A stretch of DNA of 64,000 bases from Candidatus Multivoradales bacterium (GCA_965223325.1 CBDCWI010000002.1:3488850-3552849), one strand, 5' to 3'. Shown: positions 38,908 through 50,718, counted from the first letter of the stretch. The notes: generated by a model from the sequence alone, not told the origin. Program-made: numbers and translations.

Positions 38908-41900
38908 CTACGCCGCCTGTCGGTTCTTGCCGCGAGTCTCTTCGAGAACGCGACGGTAGTCGGTGGGCATGACCTGGACAAACTGGTCTAGAACCGTGCG
39001 CCAGGCGGCTAGGAGCTGTTCGCCGAGCACCGAGCCCGTCCAGGCGGTGTGCCGCTCGACCAGTCGGCGGAGCTCTGGCAGAAACTCCTCGGCGACCGGT
39101 TCGAGACCGACCATGTCGTGATTGGTGTTCGACTGCAGGCGCCCTTCCGGGTCCCACACCCAGGCGATGCCGCCACTCATGCCGGCGGCGAAGTTGCGTC
39201 CCGTTGGCCCCAGAACCACGATCCGGCCGCCGGTCATGTACTCACAACCGTGGTCGCCAATGCCCTCGATCACCGCTCGTGCTCCCGAGTTGCGGACCGC
39301 GAAACGTTCCGCCGCCCGCCCGCGGAAGTAGGCCTCGCCCGAGGTGGCTCCATACAATGCGACGTTCCCGATCAGGATGTTTTCCTCGGCGAGGAACGGG
39401 CTTTCTTCGGGTGGCCTGACGGTGACGATGCCGCCCGAGAGTCCCTTGCCGACATAGTCGTTGGCGTCGCCTTCGAGCTCGAGAGTGATTCCGGGTGCCA
39501 GGAAGGCGCCGAAACTCTGCCCCGCTGAGCCTTCGAACCGAAAGTGAATCGTGCCGTCAGGGAGCCCCTTGGCGCCGTGGGCCTTCATGACCTCGTTCGA
39601 GAGCATGGTGCCCACCGCGCGACAGGTGTTCGAGATCTCGATCTCGTGCGAGGCCTTCTTGCCGTGCTCGAGCGCTGGCCTGGCGCGCTCGATCAACTGG
39701 TGATCGAGCGCCAGCTCGAGGCCGTGGTCCTGCGCTCGCGAGTGCGTGACCAGAACCCCCTCGTGGTGGGGGATCGCCGGAGCAAGGAGCGCGCCGAGGT
39801 CCAGGCCGTCGGTCTTCCAGTGGTCCTCGGCCACCTTGCCGTCGATCAGATCGACCCGGCCGACCAGCTCGTCGATCGAGCGCACGCCGAGGCGCGCCAT
39901 GAAGATTCGCGCGTCTTCAGCGACCATGAATAGGTAGTTGACGACGTGTTCGGGTTTGCCGGCGAAACGCCGCCGGAGTTCCTTGTCCTGGGTGGCAATG
40001 CCAACCGGGCAGGTGTTCAGGTGGCACTTGCGCATCATGATGCAGCCAAGGGTGATGAGCGGTGCGGTCGAAAAGCCGAACTCCTCGGCACCGAGCATCG
40101 CCGCGATGACGACGTCGCGGCCGGTCTTGAGCTGCCCGTCGGTCTGCAAAACGACGCGCGAGCGCAGGTCGTTGAGCACCAGGGTCTGATGGGTCTCAGC
40201 CAGCCCGAGCTCCCACGGTAGGCCGGCGTGCTTGATGCTGGTCAGGGGCGAAGCGCCCGTGCCACCATCGTGACCAGAGATCAGAATGTGCTCGGCATGC
40301 GCCTTGGCGACCCCCGCGGCCACAGTTCCCACACCAACTTCCGAAACCAGCTTGACCGAAATGCGCGCCTCGCGGTTGGCGTTCTTGAGGTCGTGAATGA
40401 GCTGGGCGAGATCCTCGATGGAGTAGATGTCGTGGTGGGGTGGCGGCGAAATGAGGCCAACGCCGGGCGTTGAATAGCGCGTCGCGGCGATCACGTCGTC
40501 GACCTTGTGACCGGGCAGTTCACCGCCCTCACCGGGCTTGGCACCCTGGGCGATCTTGATCTGGAGCTCGTCGGCGTTGGTGAGGTACCAGCTGGTGACG
40601 CCGAAGCGACCCGAGGCCACCTGCTTGATCGCCGAGCGTTTCGAGTCGCCGTTGGGAAGCGTCTTGAAGCGCTCCGGGTCTTCGCCACCTTCACCGGTGT
40701 TGGACTTCCCGCCCAGCCGGTTCATTGCGATCGCCAGTGTCTCGTGAGACTCGGCCGAAATCGAACCGAAGCTCATCGCTCCCGTACAGAACCGTCGCAC
40801 GATGTCTTGTGCCGGCTCGACTTCGTCGAGGGGCACCAGGTAGTCGTCATCGGGGCGCTCATCACAGCTCAGGCGCAGGAGCCCACGCAGTGTGCAGGCA
40901 CGAGTGGATTGGCTGTCGGCGGCGCGCGCGAAACGAAAGTAGGCGTCGCGCTCGCCCGAGCGCGCCGCGTGTTGCAAGAGGGCGATGCTCGGCGGCGACC
41001 ACATGTGCTTCTCGCCTCCGGCGCGCCAATGGAACTCGCCGTTGTTGGCCAGGTCATTGCCGACCAGCGAGGTTCTTTCGTTGAGCGGCGGATAGCCGAG
41101 CCCATGCCGGCGGAGAGACTCCTCGGCCAGGACCTCGAAGTCGACGCCTTGCAGGCGGCTGGCGGTGCTGGTGAAGCAGCGCTCGATGACCGTGTCGCGA
41201 AGGCCGACCGCCTCGAAAATCTGCGCACCCTTGTAGCTTTGCAGGGTCGAGATCCCCATCTTGCCCATGACCTTGAGCATGCCCTTCTTGACCCCGGTGC
41301 GATAGCGACGCACGATTTCCTCGTCGGTGGTGTTGGGTTCGGCAGGGCCGGTGCGCCCGCCGCGCCAGAGAGCCTCGAAGGCCAGGTAGGGGTTGATGGC
41401 GTCGGCGCCGTAACCCACCAGCAGGCAGTGGTGGTGAACCTCGCGAGCCTCGCCACTCTCGAGGACCAGGGCAGAGCGCGTGCGCTTTCGCACCTTCAAA
41501 AGGTGTTGGTGAACTGCCCCGCAGGCAACGAGGCTCGGGACCGGAACGCGTTCGGCTGAAACGGCCCGATCTGAAAGCACCAGAAAGCCTGCCCCCTCGT
41601 CGACCGCCGCTTCGGCTTCACGGCAGAGCTCTTCCAAACGGGCCTCCAGACCGGCCGGGCCGAGGGCCACATCCCAGGTCATGTCGAGAACGGTCGAGCT
41701 CCAAGGCTCGCCGTCGAGCTGCAGGATCGCCTGCAGCTCGCGGTTGTCGAGGACCGGATGCGGAACCCGAAGCCGCCGGGCGTGTCGCCCTTCGACCTCG
41801 CAGAGGTTGCCCTCCGGGCCGATCGGGCACTCGAGCGACATGATCACCGCCTCGCGGATGGCGTCGATCGGAGGGTTGGTGACCTGCGCGAAGAGCTGCT

Positions 41901-43503
41901 TGAAGTAGTCGTAGACCAGGCGTGGCTGATCAGACAGACAGGCGAGTGCCGAGTCGTTGCCCATCGAGCCCAGCGGGTCGCGACGTTCACGGATGAGCGG
42001 CCGCAACATGAACTGCATGGTTTCGGTGGTGTAGCCGAAGGTGCGCATGCGTGGAATGACGGTCTCGGTGTCGAGGGTCGGGATCGGCCCGGAGGCTGGC
42101 AGCTTGCGCAGCTCGACGCGGTTCTGCTGCAGCCAGCGACCGTAGGGCTTGCGGTGGGCGAAGTCGTGCTTGACCTCTCTGTCGTCGACGATGCGACCCT
42201 CTTCGAAGTCGACCAGGAACATGCGTCCAGGCTCGAGCCGGCCTTTTGCGACCACGCGCTCGGGGGCGACGCGTACAACGCCAACCTCAGAAGCCATGAT
42301 CACCAGGTCGTCATCGGTGACGTAGTAGCGACTGGGGCGCAGGCCGTTGCGGTCGAGGATCGCACCGATCCAATGGCCGTCGGTAAAGGCGATTGAGGCT
42401 GGACCATCCCAGGGCTCCATCAGGTGCGAGTAGAAGTCGTAGAAGGCCTTCTTCTCGCGATCCATCCCATGATGGTTCTGCCATGCCTCGGGAACCATCA
42501 TCATGATTGCTTCCTGGAGGGTGCGGCCCGTCATCAGCAGAAACTCGAGCACGTTGTCGAACGATCCCGAGTCCGAGCAGTCGGGCTCGACGACCGGAAA
42601 GCACTTGTCGAGCTGGTCACCGAAGAGCTTGCTCTTTGCCACCCCCTGGCGGGCGTGCATCCAGTTCATGTTGCCGCGCACGGTGTTGATTTCGCCGTTG
42701 TGGCTCATGAAGCGGTTGGGTTGGGCGCGGTCCCAAGAGGGAAAGGTGTTGGTCGAAAAGCGCGAGTGAACCATCGCCAGGTGGCTCATGAAGTCGGCTT
42801 CGGCGAGATCGGGGAAGAACGGCACCAGTTGACCCGGGGTCAACATGCCCTTGTAGACGATCACCCGTGTCGAAAGCGAACAGGAATAGAACATCTGACC
42901 GTTCGAACCGTCGAGGCCCAGACGCCCCCGGAGGGCGGCCGACGCCTGCTTGCGAATCAGGTAGAGCCGACGCTCGAAAGCCGCCTGCGGGTCGGAGTCA
43001 CCGGTCTCTTCTCCGCCGGAGCCGACGAACAGCTGTTCGATGACGGGCATGGCGGCGCGCGCCGTCGGGCCGATGTCGGCGTCGTCGGGTGCGATTGGAA
43101 CCGGGCGCCAGCCGAGCAGTCGCTGACCTTCTTCCTCGATGATCCGATTCACCTCGGTGCGCGCCTTCTCGCGCCGCGCATCGTCGGTGGGCAGAAAGAT
43201 GAGGCCGGCGGCGTAGCGACCGGGCTCGGGAAGCTCGATTCCCAGATCGCTCTGTGCGACGCGGGCGAGGAAAGCATGCGGCAGTGCCGTGAGCATGCCG
43301 GCGCCGTCGCCGGTATTGGGTTCACAGCCGCAGGCGCCGCGGTGATCCATGCGCTGCAACATCACATCGGCGTCTTCGACCAGGCGGTGCGACGCCTCGC
43401 CCTTGATGTGCGCTATGAAACCCACGCCGCAGGCGTCGCGCTCGTGCACCGGGTCGTAAAGGCCGCGGGCGGAGGGGCGCTGGTTTCGGGCTTTAGGGGT
43501 CAT
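38908..43503 (-). CDS. gltB: Glutamate synthase large subunit
   Basis: N-terminal Ntn amidotransferase start [13 protein letters not shown]/3Fe-4S central domain. C-terminal GXGXG beta-helix. 1531 aa. Confidence 0.95.
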   Translation of the reverse strand: MTPKARNQRPSARGLYDPVHERDACGVGFIAHIKGEASHRLVEDADVMLQRMDHRGACGCEPNTGDGAGMLTALPHAFLARVAQSDLGIELPEPGRYAAGLIFLPTDDARREKARTEVNRIIEEEGQRLLGWRPVPIAPDDADIGPTARAAMPVIEQLFVGSGGEETGDSDPQAAFERRLYLIRKQASAALRGRLGLDGSNGQMFYSCSLSTRVIVYKGMLTPGQLVPFFPDLAEADFMSHLAMVHSRFSTNTFPSWDRAQPNRFMSHNGEINTVRGNMNWMHARQGVAKSKLFGDQLDKCFPVVEPDCSDSGSFDNVLEFLLMTGRTLQEAIMMMVPEAWQNHHGMDREKKAFYDFYSHLMEPWDGPASIAFTDGHWIGAILDRNGLRPSRYYVTDDDLVIMASEVGVVRVAPERVVAKGRLEPGRMFLVDFEEGRIVDDREVKHDFAHRKPYGRWLQQNRVELRKLPASGPIPTLDTETVIPRMRTFGYTTETMQFMLRPLIRERRDPLGSMGNDSALACLSDQPRLVYDYFKQLFAQVTNPPIDAIREAVIMSLECPIGPEGNLCEVEGRHARRLRVPHPVLDNRELQAILQLDGEPWSSTVLDMTWDVALGPAGLEARLEELCREAEAAVDEGAGFLVLSDRAVSAERVPVPSLVACGAVHQHLLKVRKRTRSALVLESGEAREVHHHCLLVGYGADAINPYLAFEALWRGGRTGPAEPNTTDEEIVRRYRTGVKKGMLKVMGKMGISTLQSYKGAQIFEAVGLRDTVIERCFTSTASRLQGVDFEVLAEESLRRHGLGYPPLNERTSLVGNDLANNGEFHWRAGGEKHMWSPPSIALLQHAARSGERDAYFRFARAADSQSTRACTLRGLLRLSCDERPDDDYLVPLDEVEPAQDIVRRFCTGAMSFGSISAESHETLAIAMNRLGGKSNTGEGGEDPERFKTLPNGDSKRSAIKQVASGRFGVTSWYLTNADELQIKIAQGAKPGEGGELPGHKVDDVIAATRYSTPGVGLISPPPHHDIYSIEDLAQLIHDLKNANREARISVKLVSEVGVGTVAAGVAKAHAEHILISGHDGGTGASPLTSIKHAGLPWELGLAETHQTLVLNDLRSRVVLQTDGQLKTGRDVVIAAMLGAEEFGFSTAPLITLGCIMMRKCHLNTCPVGIATQDKELRRRFAGKPEHVVNYLFMVAEDARIFMARLGVRSIDELVGRVDLIDGKVAEDHWKTDGLDLGALLAPAIPHHEGVLVTHSRAQDHGLELALDHQLIERARPALEHGKKASHEIEISNTCRAVGTMLSNEVMKAHGAKGLPDGTIHFRFEGSAGQSFGAFLAPGITLELEGDANDYVGKGLSGGIVTVRPPEESPFLAEENILIGNVALYGATSGEAYFRGRAAERFAVRNSGARAVIEGIGDHGCEYMTGGRIVVLGPTGRNFAAGMSGGIAWVWDPEGRLQSNTNHDMVGLEPVAEEFLPELRRLVERHTAWTGSVLGEQLLAAWRTVLDQFVQVMPTDYRRVLEETRGKNRQAA

Positions 43504-43531
43504 GGCGGAAGTTCTCTTATCGACTCGTGGG

Positions 43532-44494
43532 TCAGACGTTGGGCGGGACAGAGGAGGTGGCGGCGAGCGGAGTCTCGGCCGCCGCAGCGGTTGCGTCGTC
43601 GGGCAGTGGGCCGGCGTGCTGCGCCAGAAAGCCCAGCAGTGCCTGGGCGCCCGGCGAGAGACTGCGACCGCGCGCCCAGACGATGCCCAGCGGGCGCAGC
43701 AGCTCGGGCTCGAGCGCCAGGGCGGCGAGCGTTCCAGCTTCGACTTCGCGCAGAACCGTGCGCTGCGGGAGAATGGCCACCTTGCCGGTTGCCGCCACGA
43801 CGTTCTTCATCGTGTCGATGTTGTCGACGGCCTGCACGAGCCCCGGCGACACCTTCTGGCTCTTGAGGTAGCGGCGCACCGAGCGCGCAACCGGAAGGTC
43901 GGCCTCGAAGCCAACCATTTCGAGACCTCCGAGCGCGCTTGCATGGAGCGAACGCCTGGCTGCCATCGCATGCCCGGCCGAGCACACGACGCACATGCGT
44001 TCATCGCGTAGCGCGCGCACGGCAAGCCCCTTCCAGGTGCGCGGGTAGGAGACGATGCCAAGTTCGCAGCGGCCGTCGCTGACCGCCGCGGCGACCTTCT
44101 CCGGGCGGCGATACTCCAGCACCACCTCGAGCCCAGGGTGCTGCTCCTGGAACAAGTCACGCAGTCGCTCGAGCAAACCGATTCCAGCGGAATAGATCGC
44201 GTCGAGCCGAACGGCCCCGCGCAGCTCCATCGCCTCGGGGCTTCCAGCGCGTGCGACCTTTCGAACCAGATTGTCGTAGCGACTCACCACGTCGGCCGCC
44301 TCGCGCGCTAGAACCTCACCCGCGGCTGTCAATCCGACGGGTCGCACGCTGCGGTCGAGCAGCTGAACGCCAAACTTGGACTCGAGCTGACGAATGCGTT
44401 GAGACGCAGCAGACTGCGTGATCGAGTGCACTTCCGCGGCCCGGCTGAGGTTGCGCAGTGCCGCAACATCACAGAAAAGTCGAAGGTTCTGCAT
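43532..44494 (-). CDS. LysR-family transcriptional regulator
   Basis: N-terminal HTH LRLFCDVAALRNLSRAAEVHSITQSAASQRIRQLE. LysR substrate-binding fold. The gene ends 28 bp upstream of the gltB start on the same strand. Confidence 0.85.
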   Translation of the reverse strand: MQNLRLFCDVAALRNLSRAAEVHSITQSAASQRIRQLESKFGVQLLDRSVRPVGLTAAGEVLAREAADVVSRYDNLVRKVARAGSPEAMELRGAVRLDAIYSAGIGLLERLRDLFQEQHPGLEVVLEYRRPEKVAAAVSDGRCELGIVSYPRTWKGLAVRALRDERMCVVCSAGHAMAARRSLHASALGGLEMVGFEADLPVARSVRRYLKSQKVSPGLVQAVDNIDTMKNVVAATGKVAILPQRTVLREVEAGTLAALALEPELLRPLGIVWARGRSLSPGAQALLGFLAQHAGPLPDDATAAAAETPLAATSSVPPNV

Positions 44495-44610
44495 GGGGAG
44501 CAGGACGGTATCATAAGGGGCGCTAATCGAACGCGAGAGGCATAAGCGAGACTAATAGTTCCGGCTAGTGGCCGGCTGCGAAGACGAGCGGGGCGCCCGG
44601 TTTTCTCTCT

Positions 44611-45942
44611 TTACTGCAGGAGATGGGCGCGCAAGGCCGCCGCTTCAGGTGCCAGAGCGACGATCGTCTCGGCCTGGTCGAGCGTGCGGGCGATGGCGCG
44701 AGGTACGGGTGGCTCCTTGCCGGTGGCTTCGGCAACCGTGTCGGCGAACTTGGCCGGGTGAGCGGTCGCCAGAACCAATCCAACGGCGCCAGGCCTGGCT
44801 TCGAGGGCCCGGCGCAAACCGAGCCAGCCGACGGCGGTGTGGGGGTCGAGGACGTAACCGGTGCGGGCCTCGACTTCGCGCATTGCGGTCAGGGTGTCGT
44901 CGTCAGTGAAGGCATGGCCCTCGAGGTCGTGTTGCAGAGGCTCGATGTCTCCGCCGTAGAGGTGTTCAATGCGCGAGAAGTTCGAGGGGTTGCCTACGTC
45001 CATGGCGTTCGAGAGCGTGCGTTCCGAAGGTCGCGGTTTGAAACGACCCGTCGTCAGATACTCCGGCACCACGTCATTGACATTGGTGGCTGCTACGAAC
45101 CGATCCGCACCCAGGCCCAGTCGCTGCGCCATGAGGCCGGCGGTGAGGTTGCCGAAGTTGCCCGACGGCACGGCGATGCGCAGCGGCCGCTCCCGTAGCC
45201 CTCGTCGAGCGAGCAGCGCCCGGGCGTGGAAGTAGTAGAAGATCTGCGGCACCAGGCGGCCGAGGTTGATCGAGTTCGCCGATGCCAGAGCCCGCTGGCC
45301 GCGCAGCTCGCGGTCGCTGAAAGCCGCCTTTACCATCCGTTGGCAGTCGTCGAACGAGCCGTCGACCTCGAGCGCCGTGACGTTCTCTCCCAGGGTTGTA
45401 AAGAGGCGCCTCTGTGCCTCGCTGACCTGGCCTCGTGGGTAGAGCACTCGCACTTCGAAACCCGGTTGGCGCCAGAACGCCTGGGCAACTGCGCTTCCCG
45501 TGTCACCGCTGGTGGCCGCCAGAATGCACATCGGTGCTCCCGGTTGGAGTAGACCTGCTGCCTCCGGTGACTGGTTGATGAAGTGCTTCATCAGCTCCGC
45601 CAGAAAGCGCGCCCCGACGTCCTTGAAGGCCAGCGTTGGTCCGTGAAAGAGCTCGAGAGTGAACTGGTCGTCTTCGATCTCGACCAGCGGCACGTCGAAG
45701 TCGAGGGCGGCTGGCAGCATCTGCACCAGAACGTCGTCAGAGAGAGCACCGCCGAAAAGATGACGAGCGATGCGCAGGCCAATCTGTGGCAGCGAAAGCG
45801 AATCGAGCTCTTCGGCCATCGACGGCGCCAACGGCTGGATCGCGTCAAAGGTCCACAGGCCCCCGTCGGGCGCCAGGCCGGAGAAGATCGCTTCGGCCAG
45901 GCCAACCGGCTCTGAGCCGCCGTTGGTCGAAACCAGCTTCAT
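44611..45942 (-). CDS. thrC: Threonine synthase (long form)
   Basis: FHGPTLAFKDVGARF contains the PLP-lysine motif. About 443 aa. ATGA overlap with the thrB stop. Confidence 0.9.
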   Translation of the reverse strand: MKLVSTNGGSEPVGLAEAIFSGLAPDGGLWTFDAIQPLAPSMAEELDSLSLPQIGLRIARHLFGGALSDDVLVQMLPAALDFDVPLVEIEDDQFTLELFHGPTLAFKDVGARFLAELMKHFINQSPEAAGLLQPGAPMCILAATSGDTGSAVAQAFWRQPGFEVRVLYPRGQVSEAQRRLFTTLGENVTALEVDGSFDDCQRMVKAAFSDRELRGQRALASANSINLGRLVPQIFYYFHARALLARRGLRERPLRIAVPSGNFGNLTAGLMAQRLGLGADRFVAATNVNDVVPEYLTTGRFKPRPSERTLSNAMDVGNPSNFSRIEHLYGGDIEPLQHDLEGHAFTDDDTLTAMREVEARTGYVLDPHTAVGWLGLRRALEARPGAVGLVLATAHPAKFADTVAEATGKEPPVPRAIARTLDQAETIVALAPEAAALRAHLLQ

Positions 45943-46928
45943 GCCGATGCGGTAGCGGCAACCGGTTCGTCGTCGTTGCCGCTACCTTCGAGAATGTAGG
46001 CACCGCGCGAACCAACCGGCGAGACCCAGGAATCGACGCCTCGCCCAGTGGACTCGAAGGCGTCGACCATCGCGGCTCTAACCGCGGCGCCGGTCGCCTC
46101 GTCGCGGCAAATCGCAAACAGCGCCGGACCACTTCCCGACAGCGAACAGCCGAGCGCACCATTTCCTATCGCGGCCTCGCGTGCAGGCTGAAAGCCCGGC
46201 ACCAGATCACGTCGAACAGGCTCGGCGATGGCGTCGTGAAGCGACCGTGAAAGTAGCTCCATGTCCGAGCGAAAGAGGGCCGCCACCAGCGCTGCGGTAT
46301 TCGCCCACTGGGTCACCGCCGACGCCAGGGGCACGCGATCGCCGAGGAGCGCGCGCGCGGAATGAGTTTCCACGGCGATCGAGGGGCGAACTACCGCGGC
46401 GGTCAAGCCGGCTGGCACCGGCAGCGCGACAATGTCGGGCCGAGGGCGCAGGGCCCGCACCAGGACGAACCCGCCGTAGAGCGACGGCGCAAGGTTGTCG
46501 CCGTGCTCGCCACCACTGGCGAGTACCTCGCCCTCGAGCGCCGAGAGCAACAGTTCTTCTCGAGGGAGCTCTGTCTCGAGCAAGGCGTCGACGGCGATCG
46601 CTGCGGCGACGGCGCTCGCAGCGCTCGACCCCAGCCCACTGGCGAGCGGCATGCGCTTGTTGATGTGAAGCGCAACGCCCGAAGATGAACCGGAGCGTTC
46701 GAGCACCGCCTGCGCGGCCAGGCCCGCGGTGTTGCGGTCGGCCTCTCGCGGGAGCGCGCCACCGTCTCCTTCGATCGCGACGATCGTGACGCCCGCCGTT
46801 TCGGCAAAGGACGCCTCGACCTCGTCACCGGGACCCTCGATGGCAAACCCGAAGGCGTCGAAGCCACAGGCGACGTTCGAAACCGAGGCCGGTGCGAAAG
46901 CACGAAAGGAATCGCGGGGGGTGCTCAT
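45939..46928 (-). CDS. thrB: Homoserine kinase (GHMP kinase)
   Basis: GHMP motif PLASGLGSSAASAVAAAIA. ATGA overlap with the asd stop. Confidence 0.85.
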   Translation of the reverse strand: MSTPRDSFRAFAPASVSNVACGFDAFGFAIEGPGDEVEASFAETAGVTIVAIEGDGGALPREADRNTAGLAAQAVLERSGSSSGVALHINKRMPLASGLGSSAASAVAAAIAVDALLETELPREELLLSALEGEVLASGGEHGDNLAPSLYGGFVLVRALRPRPDIVALPVPAGLTAAVVRPSIAVETHSARALLGDRVPLASAVTQWANTAALVAALFRSDMELLSRSLHDAIAEPVRRDLVPGFQPAREAAIGNGALGCSLSGSGPALFAICRDEATGAAVRAAMVDAFESTGRGVDSWVSPVGSRGAYILEGSGNDDEPVAATASA

Positions 46929-48094
46929 GTCGGGGTCGCTTCACGAACCGCGCCAAGCCCGACCTCGCCTAGAACACCGCGGGCGACAGCCAATTCGGCG
47001 GCGAGCAGCGCGCCGCCGGCGGCGCCGCGCAGGGTGTTGTGCGAAAGGGTGACGTAGCGGAAGTCGAGAAGCGGGCAGGCGCGCAGGCGCCCGACCGAAG
47101 CCGCCATGCCGCCCTCGAGCTCGCGATGCAGTCGCGGCTGGGGTGCGGCCAGTTCGTTGAGCACATGAACCGGTTGGCGAGGGGCCGAAGGCAGCGCGAG
47201 CTCTTGCGGCAAGGCGTGAAACTCCTCCCAGGCCCTGCGCACGTCGTCGGCCGAGGCCTTGGTGCCAAGCGCGAGCGAGACGCAAAGGGTATGACCGTCG
47301 ATCACCGGAACGCGGTTACATTGGGCGCTGATCGTGGCGCCGTGCGGTTCGATCCCGCTGGCTGTGAGGGTGCCGAGGATCTTGTGCGGCTCCATCTCGA
47401 GCTTCTCCTCCTCGCCACCGATGTATGGCACGACGTTGTCGGCGATGCGGTAGCTCGCGACACCGGGTAGGCCGGCGCCCGAGATCGCCTGGAGCGAGAC
47501 CACCGATACCGCCTTCACGCCAAACGCGTGCACCAGTGGCGCGAGCGTCAGAACAAGCCCGATGGACGCACAGTTGGGGTTGGTGACGATCGCACCGCCG
47601 GTCTTCTGCGCCTGCCGGCTGGCGAGCTCGAGGTGGTCGGGGTTGACCTCGGGAACGAGCAGGGGAACCTCGGGTGCCATGCGATGGGAGCGGGCATTCG
47701 ACACCACGAGGTGGCCGCGCGCCGCCAGCGCCGCTTCGATGGGACCGGCGACCGAAGCGTCGAGCGCCGAAAGCACCAGCGGACAATGGTCGATGTTCTC
47801 GCCCTCGCCGAGGCTGCTCGCCTGTGCCTCGGCGACGGTTTTTTCGGCGGCTGCGACGGGAATCGGAGCGTCTTGAATCCAGTCGACTGCCTCACGGTAG
47901 GGCTTGCCCGCCGAGCGCGCCGAAGCCAGGAGGGCCTCGGCCCGAAACCAGGGATGGTCTTCGAGCAGCCGAATAAAGCGCTGGCCTACCGTTCCGGTTG
48001 CACCGAGGACGGCCACCGGGATTCTCCCTGCTGCATCTCCCGGGGCGGCGAGGTGCCCGTACCCGAGGGACTCGAGGCTCGGAGGGGTACTCAT
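46925..48094 (-). CDS. asd: Aspartate-semialdehyde dehydrogenase
   Basis: N-terminal VAVLGATGTVGQRF Rossmann motif. Active-site Cys context NPNCASIG. C-terminal dimerisation domain. Confidence 0.85.
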   Translation of the reverse strand: MSTPPSLESLGYGHLAAPGDAAGRIPVAVLGATGTVGQRFIRLLEDHPWFRAEALLASARSAGKPYREAVDWIQDAPIPVAAAEKTVAEAQASSLGEGENIDHCPLVLSALDASVAGPIEAALAARGHLVVSNARSHRMAPEVPLLVPEVNPDHLELASRQAQKTGGAIVTNPNCASIGLVLTLAPLVHAFGVKAVSVVSLQAISGAGLPGVASYRIADNVVPYIGGEEEKLEMEPHKILGTLTASGIEPHGATISAQCNRVPVIDGHTLCVSLALGTKASADDVRRAWEEFHALPQELALPSAPRQPVHVLNELAAPQPRLHRELEGGMAASVGRLRACPLLDFRYVTLSHNTLRGAAGGALLAAELAVARGVLGEVGLGAVREATPT

Positions 48095-48174
48095 CGCCTG
48101 CTACTCCAACGTACTTGTTCTGGGACTTGCTCCGTTGCGAAGGCAGGGTCGCCTTCGGTTGGGATCGCCGGGCG

Positions 48175-50718
48175 CTAGGCCTGAGAGGCCCACGGGCCCT
48201 CGACGAGCGGGTCGCGCACCGACTCCGCGTGGGCGCGGAGAATATCAGCGAACAGGCCTCCGGCGGTGACTTCACGCCCAGCGCCGGGCCCGATCACCAC
48301 CAGCGGGCGGCTGTTGTAGAAGCGCGAAGTGAAGATAAAGACGTTGTCGGTACCGTCGAGGTTGGCGGCCGGGTGACCCGGTTCCACCTCGCGCCAGCCG
48401 ACGGAACCCGCCGTCTTTCCGTCCTCGGCCACCGACAAGGTCGCCAGGTAGACCGGGACCCGCCCGTTCGAGCGCGCTGTCTCGATCCGTGCTGCCATAG
48501 CCTCATCCTGCTCGGGCAAGCGCTTCCAGAAGTCCGCCAGAGAGAGCCCGTCGAGGGCCGGGTCACAGAGCGCCTCGACCTCGAGATCTCCCAGTTCGAG
48601 CGCCGGCGCATCGCTCTCGCCGAGCGGCCGGAGGTCGCGCGCTAGGACCAACAGCTTGCGCGCCACATCCATGCCCGAGAGATCCTCGCGCGGGTCGGGC
48701 TCGGTGTAGCCGAGCTCGTGCGCCTTCTTGACCACTGAGCTCCAGGACTGGCCGGTGCGTATCGCCCCGAAAACGTAACCGAGGGTTCCAGAGAACACGC
48801 CTTCGATGCGCTCGACGCCATCTGCGGCGCGTACCATGCCTTGCAGGGTCCGCACGACCGGAAGGCCCGCTCCGACCGTCGCCTCGTAGTAGAGCCCCCG
48901 ACCATCGGCTGGCGCCCTTTTTCGCGGATCGTTCTCGATGGGGCCAGCAAACGGTCGCTTGTTGGCGGTCACTACCGAACAGTGTCCTTCGAGCAATCGC
49001 CTATAGAGGGCAGGTACCGCATCGCTGGCGGTGCAGTCGACTAGCGCCCTCGGGCCCACCTGCCGTTCCAGGAACCTGCTGACGGTCGAAAGGTCTGCCG
49101 CCTCGCCCGAACTCTCGAGCCACGACCGCCAGTCGCCGTCAGGAGGGCCCGCAATGCCGTCAGCATCGAGGCGCATGAAACGTGAGCTCACCACTCCGGA
49201 GAGGCGGACATCGATGCCTCGCTCTTTCGCCAGGCGCCTCTTGGTTTCCTCGAGCTGGTCGAGGAAGGCTCCGCCGACTCCGCCGACCCCGGCCACCACC
49301 ACCTTGAGTGTCCGGTCGTGCCAGCGGAAAAACGAGTCGTGAATCGCCTGCAGCGCTTCGACCTCGTCGTCTCGGGCAAGCGCGATGGAGATGTTGCGTT
49401 CCGAGGAGCCCTGCGCGATGGCGTGCACCGAGATGCCGCGCCGGCCGAGCAAGCGAAAGAGGCGCCCCGAAATGCCGGCACGGTGACGCATGCCCTCGCC
49501 GACGACGGCAACCACGCACTGGTCGTCTTCGATCACCAGTGGCTTGACGGTTCCAGCGGCGATCTCAGACGCGAATCGTGTGTTGACGGCGTCTGCTGCG
49601 CAAGCCGCTGAGGCGGGATCGATCGCGACGCAAATCGAGTGCTCACTCGAGGCCTGCGAAATCAAGATGACGTTGGTGTCGCAGCCGGCGAGCGCTTCGA
49701 ACATCCGCGCGGCAACGCCAGGGACTCCGATCATGCCCGGGCCTTCGAGGCGCAGAAGCGTCACTTCGTTGATCGACGCGATGCCGGTGATCGGCCTTTC
49801 GTCGAACGATCTGTCATCGCCGACCGAGCTCACCCGTGTGCCTGGGAACGACGGGTTCAAGGTGTTCTTGATCAACAGCGGAATGCCACGATCCCTTGCC
49901 GGCTGAACCGCCGCCGGAAAAACGACCTTGGCGCCGAAGTGTGAGAGCTCCATCAGCTCTTCGTAGCGCAACCGCTCGAGCGAAAAGGCGTCGGGCACAA
50001 CCCGTGGATCGGCACTCATGACGCCGTCGACATCGGTCCAGATTTCGACTACCGAGGCGTCGAGCGCCGCACCCACCAGCGCCGCGGTGTAGTCGGAGCC
50101 CGAGCGGCCGAGAGTCGTGGTTTTGCCATCGGGACCCGAAGCGATGAAGCCGGTAACGACCTGGGTGGCGGTGCGTTCTTCGAACCAGGCGCGAGTCAGG
50201 CGACGGGTCTCGTCAAGGTCGACGTAGGCGTGACCGTGTCGATCGTCGGTGCGAATGAACTGTCGCGCATCGGCATCCTCGGCAGCCACCTCCAGCTTTC
50301 TCAGCGCGCCAGCCATGATCATCGACGACAACCGTTCGCCTACGCTCACCACGCGGTCGCGACTACGCGGTGAGCACTCGCCCACCAAGGCGATGCCCGA
50401 AAGCAGCTCGCGAAGGTCGGCCAGGACGGCATCGAAGCGGGCCTCGAGCTCTCTGACCTCGGATGCTCTGGCGGCGACCGTTGCCGCCTCCCGATGGCGA
50501 AGGGCAATCGCATCGACGGCAGCTCCGACTACTGGCTCGGCAGAGGACCCCTGGCAGGCCGTGTCGGCCGCCGCTAGCAGGTCGTCAGTAGTACCTCCCA
50601 GGGCCGAGACCACGACAACGATCGGCCCGGCCGCGACCGCCTCGGCGGCAATTCCCGCTGCTCTCTCAATACGCTCTCCGTCACCGAGAGAGCTGCCGCC
50701 GAACTTGATCACGCGCAT
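48175..50718 (-). CDS. thrA: Bifunctional aspartokinase / homoserine dehydrogenase
   Basis: ORF to 50763. I trimmed it to ATG 50718 (MRVIKFGGSSLGD...). It has an amino-acid kinase domain, two ACT-like regions, and a C-terminal homoserine dehydrogenase domain (VVVAGVGGVGGAFLDQL). Confidence 0.85.
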   Translation of the reverse strand: MRVIKFGGSSLGDGERIERAAGIAAEAVAAGPIVVVVSALGGTTDDLLAAADTACQGSSAEPVVGAAVDAIALRHREAATVAARASEVRELEARFDAVLADLRELLSGIALVGECSPRSRDRVVSVGERLSSMIMAGALRKLEVAAEDADARQFIRTDDRHGHAYVDLDETRRLTRAWFEERTATQVVTGFIASGPDGKTTTLGRSGSDYTAALVGAALDASVVEIWTDVDGVMSADPRVVPDAFSLERLRYEELMELSHFGAKVVFPAAVQPARDRGIPLLIKNTLNPSFPGTRVSSVGDDRSFDERPITGIASINEVTLLRLEGPGMIGVPGVAARMFEALAGCDTNVILISQASSEHSICVAIDPASAACAADAVNTRFASEIAAGTVKPLVIEDDQCVVAVVGEGMRHRAGISGRLFRLLGRRGISVHAIAQGSSERNISIALARDDEVEALQAIHDSFFRWHDRTLKVVVAGVGGVGGAFLDQLEETKRRLAKERGIDVRLSGVVSSRFMRLDADGIAGPPDGDWRSWLESSGEAADLSTVSRFLERQVGPRALVDCTASDAVPALYRRLLEGHCSVVTANKRPFAGPIENDPRKRAPADGRGLYYEATVGAGLPVVRTLQGMVRAADGVERIEGVFSGTLGYVFGAIRTGQSWSSVVKKAHELGYTEPDPREDLSGMDVARKLLVLARDLRPLGESDAPALELGDLEVEALCDPALDGLSLADFWKRLPEQDEAMAARIETARSNGRVPVYLATLSVAEDGKTAGSVGWREVEPGHPAANLDGTDNVFIFTSRFYNSRPLVVIGPGAGREVTAGGLFADILRAHAESVRDPLVEGPWASQA

